From a virus (taxonomy: Duplodnaviria > Caudoviricetes), in the IMG/VR virus record IMGVR_UViG_3300031228_000024, positions 1 through 28,353 of that record: a stretch of 28,353 nucleotides of DNA, one strand, 5' to 3'. A program made the position numbers and the translations under genes. The notes beneath the pieces are model-generated. The model was not told the origin of the DNA, did no database searches, and saw only the letters and a program-made list of their open reading frames with translations. How positions within the stretch are numbered: the stretch's first letter is position 1; every line of letters starts with the position of its first letter. Shown here one piece after another: positions 1 to 6,478 of the stretch.

Positions 1-217
1 CTGGCAGCGTCCCAGGCAGCGTCCCTGGCAGCGGCCCCGGCAGCGTCCCAGGCAGCGTCCCAGGCAGCGGCCCCGGCAGCGTCCCAGGCAGCGTCCCCGG
101 CAGCGTCCCTGGCAGCGGCCCCGGCAGCGTCCCAGGCAGCGTCCCAGGCAGCGGCCCCGGCAGCGTCCCAGGCAGCGTCCCCGGCAGCGTCCCAGGCAGC
201 GTCCCAGGCAGCGTCCC
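1..217. repeat. 12-bp coding tandem repeat GCAGCG[T/G]CCC[A/T/C]G, about 18 units, containing an 84-bp block duplication (16-99 = 100-183)
   Basis: Parsed unit by unit; units vary at only two positions; encodes [W/R/G][D/A]AA on the minus strand. Confidence 0.97.
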
Positions 218-665
218 GCCGCTTCCTCGCGGCCTCACGTGCCGCTCGGACCACCGGCACCGCGGCCTCTACGTCGTCCCAGCTGGCGCGCCGAGACAAC
301 GCCTCAAGCTCGACCGCCTGAGCCTCGAGCCCCGCGAGCCGCAGCCACGTCGGCGTGTAGGTCCGGATCAGCCAGTCCGCTGCCATCAGCCCGCGGGCCT
401 GCTGGTGTCCGTCGCCGGCGGTGCCGACGATCCGCGGTACCAGCGGCACGAGCCGCTGGCGCTTGTCGTCGGGGAGGACGTCGTTCAGCGCTCGGCCGAA
501 CGACCCCAGGATCGGGCACGCGCACGCCGGCGTATCGGTGTGGGGTTCACCGGCGACGTATGCCACCGCCTCGAGCAGACAGACCCCCTTGTCGGGCGAG
601 CTGTGGTTGCCGACCTTGAGGTAGGTCAGGTCGAGGAGTTCGGCGCGCTCGTCGATGACCGTCAT
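1..665 (-). CDS. 5' part of Ala-rich tetrapeptide-repeat (WDAA) protein; continues across the contig junction to 28003
   Basis: Absent from the ORF track. ATG at 665 overlaps the upstream stop (TGATG). Reads [53 protein letters not shown]...[19 protein letters not shown] and is open to position 1. Confidence 0.9.
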   Translation of the reverse strand, partial: MTVIDERAELLDLTYLKVGNHSSPDKGVCLLEAVAYVAGEPHTDTPACACPILGSFGRALNDVLPDDKRQRLVPLVPRIVGTAGDGHQQARGLMAADWLIRTYTPTWLRLAGLEAQAVELEALSRRASWDDVEAAVPVVRAAREAARKRRDAAWDAAWDAAGDAAWDAAGAAAWDAAWDAAGAAARDAAGDAAWDAAGAAAWDAAWDAAGAAARDAAWDAA

Positions 666-1012
666 CAGTCGTCCTCGCCCTCGAGCGGCTCGGAGTACGC
701 CTGCTCGCCGGCCTCGACCATCTCGAAAGGGATCGGCGTACGGCCGGTGCGCTCCTGGACCGCGGCGTCGACGGCGTCACGGACCGACTGTGGGACCTCA
801 CTGAACTCGCCGATCGGCTCGATGCGGCGGATCCGTGCCGTGGGTACGTGGGAGCCCGACTCGGTGTCGATCTCGATCTTCGGGCAGTCGATCCAGACGA
901 CCGCGACTAGGAACTCGTCGGGGTGTTCCTCGAGCCACTCGGCCCGAGCGTCTATCCCGTTCGTCTCGGGGTTGCCTTCGAGCTTGCTGCTGAGCTTGAC
1001 CTTCGCGCTCAT
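665..1012 (-). CDS. hypothetical phage protein (115 aa)
   Basis: ATG after a purine-rich leader; globular-looking sequence; stop coupled to the next gene. Confidence 0.85.
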   Translation of the reverse strand: MSAKVKLSSKLEGNPETNGIDARAEWLEEHPDEFLVAVVWIDCPKIEIDTESGSHVPTARIRRIEPIGEFSEVPQSVRDAVDAAVQERTGRTPIPFEMVEAGEQAYSEPLEGEDD

Positions 1013-1052
1013 CTATCTCTTCTCTCTGTTGTGGGTGGGTGCTGCTGGGAAG

Positions 1053-1367
1053 TCAGAACAAGGCCGGGTCGGGTGCTGGCGCGGGCTTGGGTGCAGCGGC
1101 CGGCGTGCGCTCGCTGCAGGTCGCGTGATGCACGACGAAGCGGTAGGGCCACGACGGGTCCGCGGGCCGCTCACGGCTGATGACATAGCCGCGGAGCTCC
1201 TTCCCGCCGACCGCGCTGCTCAGCGACATCACCAGGCGGGCGCAGACGGTGCCGGTGGCGCCGGGCTTGGGGTTCACGGGCATCAGGGAGCCGGAGTCCA
1301 GGCGGACGAACCGGATCGGGTCGGCACATGCCCGGCATTCGCTCAGCCTTGGCAGTTCGGCGCTCAT
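1053..1367 (-). CDS. hypothetical protein with CxxC and HxxxC motifs (probable Zn-binding)
   Basis: Start re-called at ATG 1367 (ATGA overlap): MSAELPRLSECRACADPIRFV...FVVHHATC. Confidence 0.8.
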   Translation of the reverse strand: MSAELPRLSECRACADPIRFVRLDSGSLMPVNPKPGATGTVCARLVMSLSSAVGGKELRGYVISRERPADPSWPYRFVVHHATCSERTPAAAPKPAPAPDPALF

Positions 1368-1510
1368 CCGCAGATCTCGCTCCGCTGGTGCGCGCGTACG
1401 AGCGACACGACGTCGCGGATCGGCATGTCCTCGGCCTTGACCGAGACCTGACCGCAGAGCGCACACCGGACGGTGCCCGAGATGGTGACGGCGGGCAGGG
1501 GCGCGGTCAC
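1364..1510 (-). CDS. small Cys/His protein (48 aa)
   Basis: Not in the ORF track; GTGA and ATGA overlaps at its two ends; MTAPLPAVTISGTVRCALCGQVSVKAEDMPIRDVVSLVRAHQRSEICG. Confidence 0.75.
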   Translation of the reverse strand: MTAPLPAVTISGTVRCALCGQVSVKAEDMPIRDVVSLVRAHQRSEICG

Positions 1511-2211
1511 CACGGCCGGGCCAGGTCGACCAGGGTCGACACCCCGGCGTGCACGTCGCTGATCTCACCGATGAACCCGTAATGCACCCGCGGCCGCGAC
1601 GCCGGCAGACCACGCACCAGGGCCCCGTCGACCTTGTGCCGTGCACCGTTCCACCCACGGAACGCGCCCGGGGTGTTGAAGTCGGCGAGCAGCACGACCG
1701 GGCACCGCTCGCCCTTGATCGCGACCCGGATATCCGCCTCGCACGCCGCGCGGTCCCGCTGCGGCACCGTCCTCTTCCCGGCCGGGAAGTGCGCGACGAC
1801 CACCCGGACCTGCCGCCTGGTCGGCTTGTGGGTCACCCATGCGTCGACGAAGTGCAGCGTCCCGGCCGACCTGGTCACAGAGTCGATCTCGGCCTGCTCG
1901 TCGAGCTCCCACTCGGTGCGCTTCAGGAACAGGACGTTCCCGATGGTGGCGCCGCTGGGGAACTCGTCGTTCGGGGTGGCCACGACCGGGAGCCAGAGCT
2001 CGTGACGCTCGATCACCCGGCGGACCTGCACGCCGGAGACCTCTTCCCCGCCGATCATGCTGATGTTCTGGGCGTTGGCTCGGCGGATGGCCCACGTCAT
2101 GCGGGTCGCGGCGGGCGCGAGGCCGGCCTTCCGGCCGCCGGCGTGCATGCCGGTCGGGCTCTTCCCGCCCTTGAGGTTGGCGGTCATGAGGCGGGTCTGG
2201 GTGTTCTTCAT
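1507..2211 (-). CDS. endonuclease/exonuclease/phosphatase (EEP, DNase I-like) family protein
   Basis: Motifs in canonical order: LMTANL, GGEEV, GNVLF, VVAHF, LLADFN, KVDG, SDVH; ATG 2211 in ATGA overlap. Confidence 0.8.
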   Translation of the reverse strand: MKNTQTRLMTANLKGGKSPTGMHAGGRKAGLAPAATRMTWAIRRANAQNISMIGGEEVSGVQVRRVIERHELWLPVVATPNDEFPSGATIGNVLFLKRTEWELDEQAEIDSVTRSAGTLHFVDAWVTHKPTRRQVRVVVAHFPAGKRTVPQRDRAACEADIRVAIKGERCPVVLLADFNTPGAFRGWNGARHKVDGALVRGLPASRPRVHYGFIGEISDVHAGVSTLVDLARPW

Positions 2212-2372
2212 GCGGGGAGTCCGTTCGTCAGGCCGTAGGAGCCGGCGGCGATGAGTAGGAGGGCGAGGAGGAGCCCGAGCAGCGCGCCGGCGTCGGCGTA
2301 GCCGCGGGCCCATGCGAGGGCGGCGAAGGCGCAGCCCGCGGCGAGCACGATGAGCGGGGCGAGGGGGCTCAC
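2208..2372 (-). CDS. small membrane protein (54 aa, two hydrophobic segments)
   Basis: GTG at 2372 overlaps the RecT stop; MSPLAPLIVLAAGCAFAALAW...LLGLLLALLLIAAG. Confidence 0.75.
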   Translation of the reverse strand: MSPLAPLIVLAAGCAFAALAWARGYADAGALLGLLLALLLIAAGSYGLTNGLPA

Positions 2373-3553
2373 TGGTCGGCGCCGTCCTGTGCGGCGGCTT
2401 CGTCGATCGCGTCGAGCAGTTCCCACAGCTCGTCGCGGTTCTTGGTCCGCGCGAGGGTGTCGATCAGGCGTGAGGCGTCGCGGCCGTCCAGCTCGTCGAA
2501 CGAGGAGATCGCGCGGCCGACGATCTTCGATGCGACGAGGAGCCGCTCCTCGCGGTCCTCTGGGTCGATGCCGCGTTCGTTGAGCGACGCCATGAGCATC
2601 CGCATCTGCGGCCGCGACGGCTTCCGGCCGGAGCCCGGTGCGAGCTCGACGACACGGGCCTCTTCCTCGGCGGGCGGGTCGTCAGAGGGAGCGGGATCCT
2701 CAGGCGCGCTCTCGGCACTCCCGGTGACCGGAGCCTCAGCCGCGTCCGGCTGGCCCTCCCCCGCTCCCTCCGTCTCAGGGTCAGCGGGAGAGTCCGGAGC
2801 TTCCCCAACGGACTCCCCCGCCGACGTCTCAGGGGCACCGGTGGGCGCCAGGTCCTCGAACCCGTCCTCACCCGGCAACGGCGGCCCAGCGGGCGCCTGC
2901 GGCTGCTCGGCGGGCGGCGGAGCGGCCGGCAACGCCTGCTTGGCCGCGGCCCGCTTCCGGGTGACCTTCGTACTGCCCTGTGCAGCCTGCGGGAACGTAG
3001 CGGCCCCGTCCTCGTCGATCATGTCCTCTGCCGTTGCGAAGCCGAGTACAACGTCGGGAAAGTCCCGATCGCACAACTCGCCCGAGCAGCGCGCCGTCAG
3101 CATCTGCCGCGGGTGTGCCTTCCAGTTGTCCTTACCGAGCAGCCCGGCAGCGCGGGCCATGTCGATGGTCCACACAACCTCGGAAGACCACCGCTCGGAC
3201 CCCCGCCGGCGCGAGCGCATCCGGCAGATCGCACCGGTCGACTCGAGCGTCTCGATCTCGTGGCCGGCCGCGAGGACCAGTCCGCGCTTGCCCTTCGCAG
3301 ATAGGGACGGCGTCCCGTTGACGACATACGTCTGCGTCAGAGAGGCCATAGGGCCGAGCCCGGTTTCCCTGCCGTAGACGATCGCGGCGGTAACGGCGGC
3401 GGGGTTCCCGCGGAGGGACTTGGGCACGAACTCTGTGTCGGCGACGTATGCCGCGAACTTCGCGACTTCAGCGATGACAGCAACCCAAGAGTCAGTGTCA
3501 GCGCGCGCGATCTCTCGCTCGGTTGGGACAGCGGGCAGGTTGGCGTCGGTCAT
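2369..3553 (-). CDS. recT: RecT-like single-strand annealing protein
   Basis: FVPKSLRGNP, GRETGLGPMASL, VVNGTPSL, NWKAHPRQML..R motifs; acidic Pro-rich linker; ATG 3553 in ATGA overlap; exonuclease nearby. Confidence 0.8.
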   Translation of the reverse strand: MTDANLPAVPTEREIARADTDSWVAVIAEVAKFAAYVADTEFVPKSLRGNPAAVTAAIVYGRETGLGPMASLTQTYVVNGTPSLSAKGKRGLVLAAGHEIETLESTGAICRMRSRRRGSERWSSEVVWTIDMARAAGLLGKDNWKAHPRQMLTARCSGELCDRDFPDVVLGFATAEDMIDEDGAATFPQAAQGSTKVTRKRAAAKQALPAAPPPAEQPQAPAGPPLPGEDGFEDLAPTGAPETSAGESVGEAPDSPADPETEGAGEGQPDAAEAPVTGSAESAPEDPAPSDDPPAEEEARVVELAPGSGRKPSRPQMRMLMASLNERGIDPEDREERLLVASKIVGRAISSFDELDGRDASRLIDTLARTKNRDELWELLDAIDEAAAQDGADQ

Positions 3554-4044
3554 GAGGCTGCCTTCGTTCGGACACCGGTGTCGGCGCGGTTGCACGGACG
3601 GCAGGAGGGGCGGACGGTGTCGAGGGTGTGAGTTCCGCCGAGTGCTACTGGCGGCTGGTGGTCGAGCTCTTCGAACGGGCCGCCGCAGTGGGCGCAGGCG
3701 TCGCCGTGGCGCTCGATGACGTCGCTCTTGGTGAAGTGCTCGACCACGACCGGCACGCCGTATTGGCGGGCGCGCACGCGATACCCGGACTCCCACCTGA
3801 CATGGGGGTTGCGGGCCCTGTACGCCACCTCGCTCGCCCGGGCGCGCTCGGGATCGGCTGCCCGCCATGCCGCGGCCGCCTCACGTGCCTTCTCGCGGTT
3901 CTCCGGTCGAGCGCGGTACTCGGCGTTGTAGGCCCGGTGGCACGCCTTGCACCAAGGGGATAGCCCGTCACGCGAGTGCCGGAACTTGCTGAAGGCGTCA
4001 AGCGGCTGTGCGGTGGAGCACTGCGTGCAGGTCTTCGTGTTCAT
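3550..4044 (-). CDS. HNH endonuclease with N-terminal Zn-binding domain
   Basis: CTQC/CKAC N-terminus; CAHC, LDHQPP, GGTH, CRPCN. Confidence 0.9.
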   Translation of the reverse strand: MNTKTCTQCSTAQPLDAFSKFRHSRDGLSPWCKACHRAYNAEYRARPENREKAREAAAAWRAADPERARASEVAYRARNPHVRWESGYRVRARQYGVPVVVEHFTKSDVIERHGDACAHCGGPFEELDHQPPVALGGTHTLDTVRPSCRPCNRADTGVRTKAAS

Positions 4045-4130
4045 CGGTTGTCCTTCGGGAGGGTGAGTGCGGTGAGTCCCCACGCGAGCAGCGGGGCGAC
4101 GATGAAGCAGAGAACGGCGAGCAGCGTCAC
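4041..4130 (-). CDS. very small membrane peptide (29 aa)
   Basis: Not in the ORF track; fills the gap exactly with GTGA and ATGA overlaps; MTLLAVLCFIVAPLLAWGLTALTLPKDNR. Confidence 0.65.
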   Translation of the reverse strand: MTLLAVLCFIVAPLLAWGLTALTLPKDNR

Positions 4131-4327
4131 GACGCCGCTCCCATCTCGTGACGGGCCTGCGGTCCACAGGTCGGGTGCGCGGTGATCCCGAGCTTGAGGA
4201 GCGCGCGCGGCATCGCGATCCCGCAGCCCTCAGAGCACGGCCTCCCGAGCTGGTCGGCGGTGTAGTGGCGGCGTTGCCGACGCTGGCGGGCGTCCTTCGC
4301 GGCCATCGCCTCGGGCCAGGTGGCCAT
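4127..4327 (-). CDS. hypothetical protein (66 aa, CxxxC...HPTC)
   Basis: ATG 4327 in TGATG overlap with the exonuclease stop. Confidence 0.75.
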   Translation of the reverse strand: MATWPEAMAAKDARQRRQRRHYTADQLGRPCSEGCGIAMPRALLKLGITAHPTCGPQARHEMGAAS

Positions 4328-5115
4328 CAGAGCTCGACCTCGCCCGGCTGGACCGCGGAGCCGACGAGCGGCCACTCCTTCCACGACTCCCGAGAGCGGT
4401 AGACCTGCAGCACGTACAGAAAGTCGCGGAACACGCGCTCGTCCGCGGTGACCTGAACCATCCGCACGTCGTCAGGCAGGACGTGCGCGACGAACACGTG
4501 CTCGACCTCCGGCGTCGCGACCTCGTTGCCGTCGCCCAGGTGGATCAGGTCGGAGTACCGGTACGCCGCGAGCTGCAGCCCGGTCTCGTCATAGACGCCC
4601 TTGCCCGTCTTGATATCGAGCAGGCACAGCGCGCCGCCGAGCTTCCCGACCGTGGCCCACAGGTCGGCGGTCCCGCCGTACTTGTGCTTCGTGTGAGCCA
4701 GCGGCGTCTCCGTCGCCAACGTCTCGACCTGCCACTTGTCGAGCCACCGCGCATAGGCCTCGACCGGGCCGCGGTGCTCATCAGGCACATGCTCGGCGCT
4801 CCCCGAGTCCGCCACCTGCTGGCCGAGAGCGTGGATCTCGTTGCCGCGGAGCGCCGCCGCCTTCACCTTGTCGCGGGCGCCGTACCGGATCCGCTCGAGC
4901 CGCTTCGAGATCGGCAGCTCGGCGAGCTCGTCCCACTCGTCGATCGCGCGCTTCGCAGCCTCCTCGGCATACCAATTCATCAGCGCCGGCTTCGACAGCA
5001 CGTCGATCGCGGTCGTGACGCCAACGAGCTTCTCGCCGTCCAGCTTGTAGCCATGGCCACGGCCGTAATTGCGGCGCACCAGGCGGCCGGTCGCGACCTT
5101 CGCCTTCGTGCTCAT
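4327..5115 (-). CDS. PD-(D/E)XK exonuclease (RecE/Cas4-like), likely RecT partner
   Basis: GVTT, RGNEIH, YGGTADL, LLDIKTG, LQLAAY motifs. Confidence 0.88.
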   Translation of the reverse strand: MSTKAKVATGRLVRRNYGRGHGYKLDGEKLVGVTTAIDVLSKPALMNWYAEEAAKRAIDEWDELAELPISKRLERIRYGARDKVKAAALRGNEIHALGQQVADSGSAEHVPDEHRGPVEAYARWLDKWQVETLATETPLAHTKHKYGGTADLWATVGKLGGALCLLDIKTGKGVYDETGLQLAAYRYSDLIHLGDGNEVATPEVEHVFVAHVLPDDVRMVQVTADERVFRDFLYVLQVYRSRESWKEWPLVGSAVQPGEVEL

Positions 5116-5288
5116 CGGGTGTGCAGACGGGCTTCGGTGGTCTGCATCCGGTCGGCGTCGTGCACCGTCATGTCGTGCGGACGGTGCTCACCGCCAGCGC
5201 AGTGACGGCCACGGCACCGCGGGTGCGCACAGCTCGGCCGCTTGGACGTCCGGTTGCCGTCTGGCATGCGGAGGTTCTGCTGGGACAC
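5112..5288 (-). CDS. hypothetical Cys/His-rich protein (58 aa)
   Basis: GTG 5288 preceded by GAGGAG; ATGA overlap downstream. Confidence 0.65.
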   Translation of the reverse strand: MSQQNLRMPDGNRTSKRPSCAHPRCRGRHCAGGEHRPHDMTVHDADRMQTTEARLHTR

Positions 5289-5319
5289 GGGGTCTCCTCG
5301 GGGTGTGGGTGGAGGCGGA

Positions 5320-5371
5320 CCCGCGGACGGCGGTGGCGCATGGGGTCGCTGGACAGACCGCCGCCCGCGGG
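5320..5371 (-). terminator. 15-bp GC-rich hairpin after the Cro/Xis-like gene (terminator- or attenuator-like)
   Basis: 5320-5334 and 5357-5371 are inverted repeats with one mismatch (G:U on minus-strand RNA); no U-tract. Confidence 0.45.
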
Positions 5372-5373
5372 AG

Positions 5374-5574
5374 TCAGGAAGCGGCGGAGGCGGTCTGCGC
5401 TTCGGCCTTGGCTCGCTCGACCTCAGCGCGGGTGATGACGTACGCCGAGGTCTTCCCGCTGCCGAGCTTCTGAGCGGCGAGCGTGCCGGTGGTGATGCGG
5501 TGCTGCACAGCACGCGGCGAGAGGTTCAGCGCCTCAGCGGCCTGGGCGACCGTCATCAGATCGTTGGTGGTCAT
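5374..5574 (-). CDS. Cro/excisionase-like HTH DNA-binding protein
   Basis: LMTVAQAAEALNLSPRAVQHRITTGTLAAQK, an HTH_17/MerR-like pattern; divergent from the repressor. Confidence 0.85.
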   Translation of the reverse strand: MTTNDLMTVAQAAEALNLSPRAVQHRITTGTLAAQKLGSGKTSAYVITRAEVERAKAEAQTASAAS

Positions 5575-5580
5575 GACGGG

Positions 5581-5611
5581 AAACTACGTCATGACACAAC
5601 TACGACGTCAA
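5581..5611 (-). promoter_or_regulatory. early lytic promoter, leaderless: TTGACG-N19-TAGTTT-N6-ATG
   Basis: Hexamers read directly; the -10 lies 6 nt before ATG 5574; no Shine-Dalgarno. Confidence 0.65.
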
Positions 5612-5629
5612 CCCGAACCGGGCGTGTCG

Positions 5630-5658
5630 TTGCGAATATCGAGAAGTTGTCGTAGTTT
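5630..5658 (+). promoter_or_regulatory. repressor promoter, leaderless: TTGCGA-N17-TAGTTT-N6-ATG
   Basis: Hexamers at 5630-5635 and 5653-5658; ATG at 5665. Confidence 0.7.
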
Positions 5659-5664
5659 CGTCAC

Positions 5665-5811
5665 ATGACGACTAGCCCCGAGACGGGACACATCCCGGAG
5701 TGGACACGTGGCGACCGCCTTCGGAAGGCGCGTCAGCTCACGGGCATGACGACGCGAGAGTTCGCCGCTCAGATCGGCGTGTCACAGAAGACGATCACCG
5801 ACGCCGAGGGT
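5665..5811 (+). pseudogene. truncated XRE-family immunity repressor (about 49 codons, then runs into unrelated out-of-frame sequence)
   Basis: IPEWTRGDRLRKARQLTGMTTREFAAQIGVSQKTITDAEG is an XRE HTH that ends after the recognition helix; the rest of ORF 5665..6462 is Arg/Pro-rich shadow-frame sequence. Confidence 0.8.
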
Positions 5812-6478
5812 GCTCGCCACCTTGGCCACGATCCCGCTCGCCCTGCTGGCGCTGGTCCGATTCCGCGAGGACGAGCAGCGCGACATCGGCTACAGCAGCG
5901 AGGACGTGGACGGGTTCGGCTCCCTGACCTCGCCACTGACCACGTTCGCGCAGCTCATCGCGACCGACAACTCCGACGCCAACGGCGAACCGTTCCTCGC
6001 CTCGTTCCTGTTCTGGATTCCGCGCTCGATCTGGGACGAGAAACCCCAAGGGTTCGGGACCATTCTTACCGCCGACCTCGAACCCCATCTCCTGTCTACG
6101 GGGCACTCGATGGCAGCCCAGGCATCTGGGGAATGGTTCTACTCGTGGGGCTGGTTCGGCGTGATCGCCCTGGTCCCGGTCCTCGGGATTGGAAGTCGTG
6201 TCCTGGACGCGTGTTTGCGTCGGCTGACCGAGCACCCGATCCGCGACCGCCGCGACCTGTTGCTGCTGACGATCGTGACGTTCATGGCTGCGGAGGCAGC
6301 CGTGCTGCCGTGGAACGGGTCGTTCACCTACTCCGCGAGGGCTGGCCCCAAGGTCGGGGTGCTCGTGGCGGTCCTGGTCCTGTTCGCTTGGAGGCGGCGA
6401 GCCGAGGCGGCCAGTCGGAAAACCAGTCCGCCGCAGGATCAGGCCGGGGCAGAGATGTCTAGATCAGGTAGCCGATGA
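5810..6478 (+). pseudogene. 3' portion of Wzy-like polysaccharide polymerase (multi-pass membrane protein)
   Basis: FWIPRSIWDEKP and GEWFYSWGWFGVI motifs plus several hydrophobic helices; begins mid-helix with no spaced RBS; short (222 aa) for the family. Confidence 0.7.

Noticed and set aside
1-217. CRISPR array or telomere-like repeat at the ends
   Set aside because: Units are contiguous 12-mers with no unique spacers, they lie inside a coding frame, and there is no cas operon.
1-665. Diversity-generating retroelement acting on the repeat gene
   Set aside because: No reverse transcriptase and no separate template/variable repeat pair were found.
4327-5115. CRISPR-associated Cas4
   Set aside because: No Fe-S cysteine cluster is visible; the context next to RecT indicates a recombination exonuclease.
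5665-6462. Intact 265-aa repressor
   Set aside because: After about residue 49 the sequence is an Arg/Pro-rich shadow frame of the Wzy-like gene.
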